A stretch of 64,000 nucleotides of DNA from positions 62,001 to 126,000 of the forward strand of contig NIVC01001281.1 of the NCBI GenBank assembly GCA_002269645.1, given 5' to 3'. Origin of the DNA: Macrostomum lignano (taxonomy: Eukaryota). This document shows positions 47,835 to 58,370 of this stretch, one piece after another. The notes beneath the pieces were generated by a model, which had not been told where the DNA came from, did not search any database, and saw only the letters and a program-made list of their open reading frames with translations. The position numbers were made by a program, and so were the translations under genes. The stretch's first letter is position 1. Each line of letters opens with the position of its first letter.

Positions 47835-48897
47835 GTCGGCGGCAGAGCGTCCACGCCGCGAGGCGAGAAAAGGACTGAAGAAGAAGAAGACTCGTCGGTG
47901 GTGTCGCTGGATAGCGTGACGGCCAGGGCGGCGGCGCTGGCTCAGCACCGACGAATGAGCCGCATTGCCATGCAGCAGCAGCAGCAGCAGCAGCAGAAGC
48001 AGGAGGAGCCGGATATTCGTCAAGAGCAGTCGCTGCATCTCGAAGTGCCGTCGACTGGCCTAAAAGGTGTTGAAAATGCTGGATTTTTAAGGTCACCGGC
48101 TTCTTGAAGTTTTTCATGTTACATATACATTACATTCATATTAGCTCGTATATTACTCGAGATAATTAATTTTTCTTTGTCAGAGCAAGGTTTATTTGTT
48201 GTTAATTACCAGAGTCTGATACATACGAAAGAAACAAATTGCATATCGGTGCATTATTTGGCTGGGTTTATCCAAGAAAAATTTTCAACTTCGGATGTAT
48301 TGTTCTGAACGTGCATGTCATGCAGCTTGTATTGGTTCATTTAACAATTTTTCCTGTAGATATACGTAAAAGCCACGCTCTGTGTGCAATATACTGTTGA
48401 ATTACTGTTTAAAATTCACTAATATTGATCAACTTCCTTTTCTAGGAAACGAATATACCACACTGAATCATACGGGGAACAACAGTTTCCAGAGTATATA
48501 TAATTCTTTGCCTTTTGTTGCTCCTACATCTCCCAAAAAGTGCTAGCCATATTTGAACCAGCTGGATAAACTTTGTGTTCTACGCCGGTACAGCAACAAT
48601 GCCGTTAGGAAATATGCGGGAGGGCTAGCTGAGAGTAACCCACACGTCTCGCCCATGGCCACATTTAATACTTAACTCGTGCACAGCAAACTGGCCTGGG
48701 GGGCGGCTTGTCTTGCAATTCACGCTCACCCGAGTCAACCACCAAGGCACAGACGCGAAAGTCGGGGCCGCTGTGCACTCATTGGATGTGTACTTATCCG
48801 TGCGCGTGCTCAGGGATCAGCGGAATGAGGATAATTGTATGCCTCCTCGTTGGCTGTGGGTCGACTGCGGCCTTGATTTTCGGTGGGTCTGTAATTC

Positions 48898-50267
48898 TTG
48901 CCCGCTCCGTTAACTTTTTTCCGGTGACATTTTCACGGTGACGTTTTCACAGTGACGTTTTCCCTGTGACGATTAACCTATTCGTAGTTTCACTGATACC
49001 TGCACGAAAGTCCCTGTGCTTTTAAATAGTCGTCAGGCTAGCTCGTATTAACAGCTGTCTCTGGCTAACTGTTTTTAGTAAGCTTTGTGATGAAAACGTG
49101 CTTTTTACTATCATATGTCTACAATAACAACTACACATTGGGCTCTCACCGTACGTGTTACTATTAGTAGAATGATAGTGTTCTTAATAATTTTTTCTAT
49201 TGACTTTTTATTATTATATTCCGTTATTACATTTGCTGCCGTTATTCAAGGACGACTAAAGTAACGTATATATACTACTTAAGTAGTCCTTGCCGTTATT
49301 ATTAGGACGCAGTCCTAAGTATTTTCATCACCAAAGCAAATATTGTCAGGCAAACCTGACCGATAAAACGTCATCGGTACAACTTCATCGGTAGAACGTC
49401 CACCCAAGGACGACTAAAGTAACGTATACTTAAGTAGTCCTTGCGTCCACCAGGAAAACGTCATCGGTAAAACGTCAAAGCTAGGAAAACTTCATCGGTA
49501 AAACGTCCATCAGGGAAACGTCATCGGTAAAACGTCTCTGGGAAAAGGTCTCACGGGAAAAGGTAACCGGTAAAAGGTCACCGTGAAAAGGTCCACTAAG
49601 AAAACTTCATCGGTGCGTCCACCAGAAAAACGTCATCGGTAAAACCATAGGCGTAGGAACGTTTCAAAAACTGGGGGGGGGCAGGTTCAGTGACGGATTT
49701 AGGGGGGGGGGGGGCGCACAGGGCGCACGCCCCCGTCGAGTTAGATTTTTTTATATGGAAAATGCACACTATCATGTACCGATTTTTTTCAGAATCCATC
49801 TTGTCAGCACTCATTTTAGTGCCGCAGGCCCGCATTTTAGCGCTGCAGGCACTCATTTTGGCGCTGCAGGCACTCATTTTAGCGCCACAGGCCCGCATTT
49901 TAGCGCCGCAGGCACTCATTTTGGCGCTACAGGCGCTATGTTTTGTCGCCCTGCAGCAAAATGCATTCATGCAAAGCAGCAAAAACCAAAAATAAGCAAG
50001 AAGTCTACATTTTACATTTAAAATGTGGAGGGGCCAGATACCATTACTGCCCCCCCCCCATTTTGAAAAGTGGGGGGCCATGGCCCCACTGCCCCCCCCC
50101 CCCTGTTCCTACGCCTATGGGTAAAACGTCCACCAGAAAAACGTCATCGGTACAACGTCCACTAGGAAAACGTCATCGGTAAAGCGTCATCGGGAAAAGG
50201 TCCACCGGGAAAAAGTCACCGGGAAAAGATCACCGGGAAAATGACTCACCTGGAAGATGGGCAGCGC
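48898..50267. mobile_element. Foldback-like non-autonomous element with internally repetitive inverted arms
   Basis: Left arm ttttcacggtgacgtttt repeats (about 48910-48975) are the reverse complement of the right arm aaaacgtcaYcggtaaaa / aaaagtcaccgggaaaa repeats (49350-50245). Ends and TSD are not resolved. Confidence 0.5.
49646..50119. mobile_element. hAT-type MITE (474 bp)
   Basis: Perfect 15-bp TIR cataggcgtaggaac / gttcctacgcctatg; 8-bp TSD ggtaaaac at 49638-45 and 50120-27; internal 21-bp array. Confidence 0.88.
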
Positions 50268-50314
50268 CAAAGCTTCATGCAACTGACTAACGACTAAGTA
50301 TGTGCATGTAGACG

Positions 50315-50382
50315 GATCACGAAAGGTTAGCTCCCACCAGCTGGAGGAGTCTAATTTACTAGCCCACCATATACTAAATTTG
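50315..50382 (+). repeat. Short dispersed repeat, second copy at 61826-61887
   Basis: gatcacgaaaggttag...gtctaatttRctagYccac..tatactaaatttg is shared between the copies. Confidence 0.7.
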
Positions 50383-50458
50383 GTGCTTTTGGCTGAACTC
50401 AGTACTCTGGAACGAAAATATCCTTATTAATTATCATTAGTACAACGGTTTCTTCGAA

Positions 50459-50720
50459 CAGTGTTGTATCCAGGATTTTCATTTTGGGGGTGCCAAAGTT
50501 TTACCTGGGGGTGTTTATGTATTCAGTCCTTGTATTTTATGGACTGGTGGGGGTGTAACCTTTTTTGGCGTGGGGGGGATGCTTGCTATCTGGGGGATGC
50601 TTGCTATCTGGGGTTGCTTGCTATCGGGTGGATGCTTGCTATCTGGGGGATGCTTGCAGTCTGGGTGATGTTTGCTATTTAGGGATCGATGCTTGAATGC
50701 TGTCTGGGGATGCTTGCTGT
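50459..50720. repeat. Probable MITE remnant with a ~17-18-bp G-rich array
   Basis: Starts with cagtgttgtatccaggatttt (MITE-terminus-like) and continues with ggggatgcttgctatct repeats. No matching right end was found. Confidence 0.35.
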
Positions 50721-51589
50721 CTTGGGATGTTTTGTTTTTAGAGGAAATGTCTGTTGCTTTTTCATGAAGGCTTTATTTCGCTGTCTATTTGTTATTTCTC
50801 TTGGAGTCTTTATTTGTAAAGAACAAGGATTCTATCCTGACTATCCAGATGTCCCCCATCGGGGGGCGAAGATTGCTTGTATGTATGCTGTCTAATATAC
50901 TAAAAATGAAATGCTTGGTTGCTTGCTTGTAATTGATTTTCTCCCGAACGGCTCAACCGATTTTCTTCAAACTTGCACCATTCGATCAGAAATTTTCCCG
51001 GGACAGTACATGCATATTGGCTAAGAAATTGCTCAATGTTAAAGGGATTAAATATTCGAAAAACATGATTTTTTGCAAAGGTCAAGCAGCTCTTTCGACC
51101 TGAAATGCATTGTAAGAATGCTAGAGAAAAAACTGACTGACTGAATTCCGATTGTGATAAAGATTGCATCACAACAAGTTGAAAACAGTGCCGAACAAAT
51201 GCACACAAAACTTGAATGAAATTGCGTAACCATATTGCCAACTTAAATTCAGACTGATTCTGGCTGACTGAGAAATTGATTATGTCATAATTTTTTACTC
51301 CAATTGACTTGCTGTAAGAATTGAATTATAAGGGCCACAATTCATGTTCTCCAATTGAAAAGAGATAGCCAAGAAAGATGCGAACAGACTGGACTGCTAC
51401 TGTAGATGATGGAATAGCCGATGTGTAGGCACTAGGAATTGGTTATAGGCTTGGCTAGGGTTCGATTCTGCACTGCGTCAAATTTCAGCCAGTAGTGATT
51501 GAAGATTATTTAAATTTATTTTTTTCATTCACTTCGTAAATAAAATATTATCTGACTTTGAATCATTGCAAAAATAGAGCTTGAATCAG

Positions 51590-51965
51590 ACTAAACCAGA
51601 GTTTAAATCATGGCTAAACCAGAGTTTAAATCATGGCTAAACCAGAGTCTGAATCATGGCTAAAACCAATGTTTGAATCATGGCTAAACCAGAGTCTGAA
51701 TCATGGCTAAACCAGAGTCTGAATCATGGCTAAAACCAGTGTTTGAATCATGGCTAAACCATTGTTTGAATCATGGCTAAACCAGAGTTTAAGTCATGGC
51801 TAAACCATCGTTTGAATCATGACTAAACCAGAGTTTGAATCATGGCTAAACCAAAGTTTGAATCATGGCAAAACCAGAGTTTGAATCATGGCTAAACGAG
51901 AGTCTGACTCATGGCTAAACCAGAGTTTGAATCATGGCTAAACCAGAGTTTGAATCATTGCAAAA
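51590..51965. repeat. 23-bp minisatellite
   Basis: Unit gaatcatggctaaaccagagttt. Confidence 0.9.
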
Positions 51966-52370
51966 CCAGTTTTGTTAAAAGTGATACTGATTATCACTGA
52001 TATTGATGATATCACTGATATCAGTGATACTGGTAACTCTGATAAGAATTTCACTATGTCAAAAGTACATAGCTGTATCAACCCACTGGCGAGACAGTCA
52101 TAAATAGATTACATTCACAGTTTTTTTCACTGGCTGGCGCAGACCAGTGTACATTGTGAGCCCTCTGCCCCGGAATTTGGACACACGGGCCTGGAGAGCC
52201 CACACCCCAAATCATAGGTTTTTAGATTTAGACCCCTTTCTTCTTTATCGATTTTTCAGTTTCTACCCTGCGTCTTAAGATAAGCTCCAATTCAGCCCAC
52301 TGGATGATAAATAGCCTGTAATAGTTTGGCTCAAGGGCACCTTATCTGATTCTTCAGACATCCAAATTCA

Positions 52371-52671
52371 GTTGACCTGGCTGTCGGTTGCTTCACTCAT
52401 GGTCAGCTGTACACGGCGCTGTCACGGGCGAAGAACGCCGCGAATGTTCGCGTCCGGATCTGTGGCACCAAGACCAGAAACGTGGTGTATCCAGAAGTGC
52501 TCACTGGAGATTAGGCGATTTCCAGGCGTCATTGAAGTGAGTATTACTTGTGTCATTTTGTCTGTGAGTGTCGCATTGGTATCTGTGTTTAATAGTGATC
52601 ACAAGTAGTTTATCCTGATATGTAAATGGCCCGCTGAGACATATCAGGCAAATCCTGCTTTATTCACCTAA
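52371..52671 (+). mobile_element. Helitron RepHel/PIF1 helicase C-terminal remnant with a putative 3' end
   Basis: 52371-52514 reads VDLAVGCFTHGQLYTALSRAK...TKTRNVVYPEVL*, matching helicase motif VI and the typical RepHel tail. A 10-bp hairpin (52614-23/52639-48) is followed by CTAA|T at 52668-72. Confidence 0.7.
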
Positions 52672-52789
52672 TAAATTCAAATTAGATGGGATCATAATGG
52701 AATTGAGATCAGGGATTACCTAGGCAAAATGATTAGCTAAATTGGGTTCATTGCATAACAGAACTGAGCATAACAGATCCCAATCCTAA

Positions 52790-53812
52790 ATTCATAGAAT
52801 CTCTTAGATCCCAATGCTAAATTCATAGAATCTCTTAGATCCCAATCCTAAATTCACAGAATCTCTTAGATCCCAATGCTAAATTCACAGAATCTCTTAG
52901 ATTCCAATCCTAAATTCATAGAATCTCTTGAATCCCAATCCTAAATTCACAGAATCTCTTAGATCCCAATCCTAAATTCATAGAATCTCTTATATCCCAA
53001 TCCTAAATTCACAGAATCTCTTAGATCCCAATCCTAAATTCACAGAATCTCTTAGATCCCAATCCTAAATTCATAGAATCTCTTAGATCCCAATCCTAAA
53101 TTCACAGAATCTCTTAGATCCCAATCCTAAATTCATAGAATCTCTTATATCCCAATCCTAAATTCATAGAATCTCTTAGATCCCAATCCTAATCTCATAG
53201 AATCTCTTAGATCCCAATCCTAATCTCATAGAATCTCTTAGATCCCAATCCTAAATTCATTGAATCTCTTAGATCCCAATCCTAAATTCACAGAATCTCT
53301 TAGATCCCAATCCTAAATTCACAGAATCTCTTAGATCCCAATCCTAAATTCACAGAATCTCTTATATCCCAATCCTAAATTCATTGAATCTCTTAGATCC
53401 CAATCCTAATCTCATTGAATCTCTTAGATCCCAATCCTAAATTCATAGAATCTCTTAGATCCCAATCCTAAATTCACAGAGTCTCTTAGATCCCAATCCT
53501 AAATTCATGGGATCTCTTAGATCACAATCCTAAATTCACAGAATCTCTTAGATCCCAATCCTAAATTCATAGAATCTCTTAGATCCCAATGCTAAATTCT
53601 TAGAATCTCTTAGATCCCAATCCTAAATTCACAGAATTTCACAGAATCTCTTAGATCCCAATGCTAAATTCAGAGAATCTCTTAGATCCCAATCCTAAAT
53701 TCATAGAATCTCTTAGATCCCAATCCTAAATTCATAGAATCTCTTAGATCCCAATCCTAAATTCATAGAATCTCTTAGATCCCAATCCTAAATTCACAGA
53801 ATCTTATATATC
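52790..53812. repeat. 31-bp minisatellite
   Basis: Unit agatcccaatcctaaattcacagaatctctt. Confidence 0.95.
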
Positions 53813-53925
53813 AATCCTAGATCATTGCTTAGCCTAATTGGGTTCATTGCATAACAGAACTAAGATCATTGCTTAGCGTAATTGGGATCATTTGGCATAA
53901 CTAAGTTGGGATCCTTGCATACTAA

Positions 53926-54367
53926 ATTGGGATCAAGGCAAACCAGAATAGGATCGGATACAATCGGATCCCAATTTAGTTGTGCCATGAAAGTTAATAA
54001 GTAATAGTGAAATTAATGTAGGTAAATATTAGGTGAATATATAGCAGGTTGGCTGCATATCAATGGGCCTTGAGATTGTGGTTGAAATAACGTGTTCGCT
54101 GCTTTTTCACGATTCAGAGGTTCTTCCACTCTAAAACTGAGGGTATGCAGCCATGAGAGAGAGGTTTGAAGCAGCTTCAGCAAACCTAGAGACTTGTGAT
54201 AGCTAAGCTTTTTGTGTGACGTTGAGTGCGTGAACTTAACTTGCCCCAGTGAATGCCTCTGACCAGCAGTGCAGAGTAAAGCAAGCCAACAAGCAGTAGG
54301 ATTGACACCATTATTCTTGCAGTCAAATGCAATGAACTGTGCAATGATACTGTCTTGTTGGCGGAGC
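53926..54367. repeat. 442-bp direct repeat, copy 1
   Basis: Near-identical to 56044-56485 (offset 2118 nt); one mismatch seen by eye. Confidence 0.92.
54186..54311 (-). CDS. Putative signal-peptide-bearing small ORF or first exon, copy 1
   Basis: MVSILLLVGLLYSALLVRGIHWGKLSSRTQRHTKSLAITSL*. It lies shortly downstream of an acceptor-like ttcgcag at the repeat edge. Confidence 0.3.
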   Translation of the reverse strand: MVSILLLVGLLYSALLVRGIHWGKLSSRTQRHTKSLAITSL

Positions 54368-54741
54368 AATCTGCGAATTCATCATCTCTACTGTCTTTGT
54401 AAGTAAGTATTCACAAAGCAATTATTAAACTCATCAGTTGTCATTGAATTCCCTTATTTATAATATGTTATTTTGCATACTTTCATATGGATGTTTGTTT
54501 AGTTAAAAACTTTCAATTAAGCTCCAAAACTTCATTTTAGGTTCTAAATTGATCATAGCAATGAGCTGTGTCAGTTAAGTTTCTTATTTTCATTTAGGAG
54601 TAAGAAAAAGCAACACGAAACACTTATTTATCCAGTAAACAGAATTATTTATTTTATTTATTTAGAATTCTTTAAATTCTCAAACACATAAATAAAAAAA
54701 TCAAGAAATCATATCAAGTTAATTCCACAAACAAATTGAAT

Positions 54742-54781
54742 TTAATTATTCCGCTGCTGCTGCTGCTGTTGCTGCTGTTGC

Positions 54782-54825
<44 letters not shown>

Positions 54826-55054
54826 CTGCTGCTGCAGCCGCATGTCGGCCAGGTCCGGACACCGGGCCACAGGGTGACCTCCACCGCAGAGATAACAGGC
54901 CACTGTTAAGTTTGGAAAGTGCAATTTTACTCAACAGGTGGTTTCGAAAGACTTAATTACAGTAATGAGACTTACTAGGTTTTCTAGGGTGTCCACCACC
55001 GCGGCCTCCTCGCCGCCTGCCGCCGCCGGAAAAGAAGTTCTGGGTAAACTTCAT
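54742..55054 (-). CDS. Putative 79-aa RGG / CCHC zinc-knuckle / polyQ microprotein, 2 exons
   Basis: Exons 55054-54976 and 54902-54742 with a 73-nt intron (a|gtaagt ... ttaacag|tg) give MKFTQNFFSGGGRRRGGRGGGHPRKPMACYLCGGGHPVARCPDLADMRL-Q27-RNN*. An AATAAA follows about 85 nt downstream. Confidence 0.6.
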
Positions 55055-56043
55055 TTGTGGAACAGTGGAGTTAAACAGTGGAACTATACAGTGGAAATTA
55101 TACGAGCGTGTCGTACGCTCACTCTGGTTTATATACGCTCACTCATGTCAAGCAAGGATTAGCGAGATTGGTTTGAAAACCTTGCTAACGAAATGAAACT
55201 CATTTCATTTTTTTAAAGCCCGTTTCAGCTTAGGCAAAAATGAATACCAGCTTAGGGCCACCCCCAACCCCAGTTAAAATCGTGTGAGGCTTCATTGGTG
55301 AGCGTCATGAGGCTTTAGCTGTTTGTGATTACTGAAAAGTCGCACTAGGTTGGGGCTTGCACTGGCAGTTTAATGAAATCACTTTAGTTGAATACAAAGT
55401 TTACTGCTATTGGCTGACTTGAAACCCTCTATTTTTAGCCACGTTAGCCACACGCCGCACTGGCTTCCCAATTACAGTGTACATTTAAGATCTTTTTTGT
55501 GTCCTATTATTGAAGTGTGTCGAAAACAGATTGCATAACAAGTCGCACCACACTCGACTCTGACACCCCACACAGTGTACATAAAGAAAGAACGTAAAAG
55601 CTAAGGCAATCACCAGCCAATCCACAACAAGTAGCCCAGTGGGTGGATTAGAACAAAACTCTCTCTGATTGGTTAGCCAGATCTAAATTGATCTTTACAT
55701 GGCACCCTCTATTGGCATGAGTCATCACAGATCACAGTTAGGGTTGTCCGAAACGAAATGCTGCAATATAAACTGGCACAATTGGCCTTGATGCTAAAAC
55801 TATCAAACCACAAACCGTAAAGACCTTATCAGTGAAATTTTTATAATCCATATTTTTGGCAACTATCAATCGAGCAATATGGAGTCAACCGAAGGAGCCA
55901 AGAAAAGCAAAGCGTGTATCTCTGCTCTGCTTCCGGGCCTGATGCACGCTGCAATCGTTGGCCTCGTAATGAGGCTGTCCAAAATCACGGACTGAAAGGA
56001 TTGAGATCCTTTCATAACTAGATTGAGATCATTGCATAACTAG

Positions 56044-56485
56044 ATTGGGATCAAGGCAAACCAGAATAGGATCGGATACAATCGGATCCCAATTTAGTTG
56101 TGCCATGAAAGTTAATAAGTAATAGTGAAATTAATGTAGGTAAATATTAGGTGAATATATAGCAGGTTGGCTGCATATCAATGGGCCTTGAGATTGTGGT
56201 TGAAATAACGTGTTCGCTGCTTTTTCACGATTCAGAGGTTTTTCCACTCTAAAACTGAGGGTATGCAGCCATGAGAGAGAGGTTTGAAGCAGCTTCAGCA
56301 AACCTAGAGACTTGTGATAGCTAAGCTTTTTGTGTGACGTTGAGTGCGTGAACTTAACTTGCCCCAGTGAATGCCTCTGACCAGCAGTGCAGAGTAAAGC
56401 AAGCCAACAAGCAGTAGGATTGACACCATTATTCTTGCAGTCAAATGCAATGAACTGTGCAATGATACTGTCTTGTTGGCGGAGC
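56044..56485. repeat. 442-bp direct repeat, copy 2
   Basis: Matches 53926-54367. Confidence 0.92.
56304..56429 (-). CDS. Putative signal-peptide-bearing small ORF or first exon, copy 2
   Basis: Identical 41-aa ORF, preceded by an acceptor-like cttgcag at the repeat edge. Confidence 0.3.
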   Translation of the reverse strand: MVSILLLVGLLYSALLVRGIHWGKLSSRTQRHTKSLAITSL

Positions 56486-58370
56486 CTTCTGCAAGTGCAT
56501 CATGTTTACTGTTTGTGGGTAATATTTTTAGGTGCAATGCAATTTTTTCTTTTTTCATTGAACTGAATCCCATTACTGTCCCATTACTGTCGTTTTCTGA
56601 CATTACTCAGTAGTCACAACTTGTTTCTGTCGAAAAAATAATTTAACAAACGAAAGAGGAAAATCGCTGAATTCTCTACATTTGGAGTTTGTTTTCTTAT
56701 AATGTCATAATGATATGTATTTGTATAATAATAATTTTGCCAGATGCTCACTCAATTGTTGTTGTTTTGTTGTTTTCAATGTGTTTTGCAATTGAAGAAA
56801 TACAAAAAATGTTTCAGTGGACAAAGACCAGTCCCATGATTCATGAATCTGCACACCTGGTACCTGCCTTATTCTATTTTAAAAGATAAATTGTCAGGCA
56901 TGCATTTATAATGAAGAATGATACAAAATGGATTACTAAGAAAAGAGGTCAGATGAGAAATAGGATCTGATCAGAACTGGAATCATTAAGAAAAAGAAAG
57001 GAGATTAGAAATTGATCCATTGATATTTAATTAGCCATTGATATGAGCTAACCATTTTGAACTATCAAAATGGATCTAATTTGAAATAGACTTTTATGTC
57101 ATATAGGATTTGATTCAAAATAAGATTTGACAATGTGAATGAGGCATATAAGAAAAGAGAAGTCTGCTGAGGAGTGTGACTAGAAAAGAAAGGGGGAATT
57201 TAGCATGATAATATATATCATATATCATGCATATATATAGCCAATGTTAGCTTTATTAAAAGTGTCAAACCAAAGGTCGAAGGATGTAGCTCCAGTTGCT
57301 TTTGCAAAGTCCATTCACAATGAGATAGCTGCATTGAACTGACTCTTTAAGTCATTTATTATAATAAGAGGGGCCTCATTCAAGGGCAATAGTTGCAATG
57401 CTGAGCTACTTATTGTTCGGAACATTGCAGTCGCAGTTAGTACGATGAGCAGGGCTAAGAAATTCACTTACAAATGAAGAAAGTAAAAAATTTCTCGGGA
57501 TGTGTATAAAACTGTAGTACACATGAGCAATACAAGCAACAAGAAAATCGGAATAAAGCAAGTCATTTCTCGGAAAGTCGCAATTTCTTGGAATATTATT
57601 TAATTTATTTTCAGTAACAACTAAAAAAGTGATCTCAACAGTTTTATAAACTAAATAAATAAAATAATTTTTATCAAACACGTTGACATATACAGGGCTC
57701 TAAACTAAAAAACTGTAAAAAGTTGATAGTTTTGTTTTACCTAAAATGCGTTATTAACGATCTCCAAAAATTCCTATTTTAAGCTTAAGCTTAAGAAAAA
57801 CACTTAAAGTACTCCTGCTAAAAGGTATATTATATTAGACGAATATTAATTATTTCTGCTCCCCGAAGGGGGGCAAAACTTTAGCTAGTACTGTACTAAT
57901 ATTAGTAAAAAAATTCCAGAAGTAGCTCGTAAAACTTGTTTTTGTAACGCAGTTCCTATCTTGCTTGAGCAGCGTTGAGCTGTTATCAGTTTTTTTACTA
58001 TTCAATGCTATCTTCGTACACCTGGACTGGGAGTTGGACAGAGGGGAGGGAGGGCCAATGTACACTCAGCACCACTGCGCGGAGTGTACATTGCTGCTGT
58101 CGGCTCTGAACGAACTCTAACCCCCCCCCCGCTCGCTAGTTTTTCAGTAGTCAGCAAGTTCAGTTTAATTCAGCTTGGCTAGATTTCCGTCTGTTAAAGG
58201 TTTGGGGCTTGGTTGGCTAGACAAAGTGGCCGAGACTATTTAGGACCGCCCGTGGCGCGCAATAAAAGATCAGAATTTTTTTACTAGCCTCTATTTGTAG
58301 GAGCTAACAAACCATTTATCAACCCCTAAAACAAACTAGTAATCAAGCAATCTAAAATCACGACAAAAGC

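Larger units (their letters stand above)
43711..47888 (+). mobile_element. Full-length RTE-type non-LTR retrotransposon (about 4.18 kb)
   Basis: Target-site duplication gactcgtcggtg(g) at 43699-43711 and 47889-47901; single APE-RT ORF; short 3' UTR ending in (gaa)n. A single ORF with a short-tandem tail is typical of the RTE clade. Confidence 0.92.
43390..48107 (+). pseudogene. Small single-pass membrane protein gene (about 175 aa when restored), interrupted by a LINE
   Basis: 43390-43698 joined to 47889-48107 gives one frame: MGGNQS...LLVAVIMFVLTIVLLLLAVTVANCIAI-SRRRRRR...DEDDSSVVSLDSVTARAA...Q8...FLRSPAS*. The junction is the duplicated target site. Confidence 0.75.

Noticed and set aside
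51410-51475. tRNA-like segment with B box gggttcgattct
   Set aside because: The A box and stems are too degenerate; at best a SINE head remnant.
53926-56485. LTR pair of a TRIM/LARD element around the zinc-knuckle ORF
   Set aside because: The repeats lack TG...CA ends, PBS, PPT and TSD, and similarity fades gradually into the flanks.
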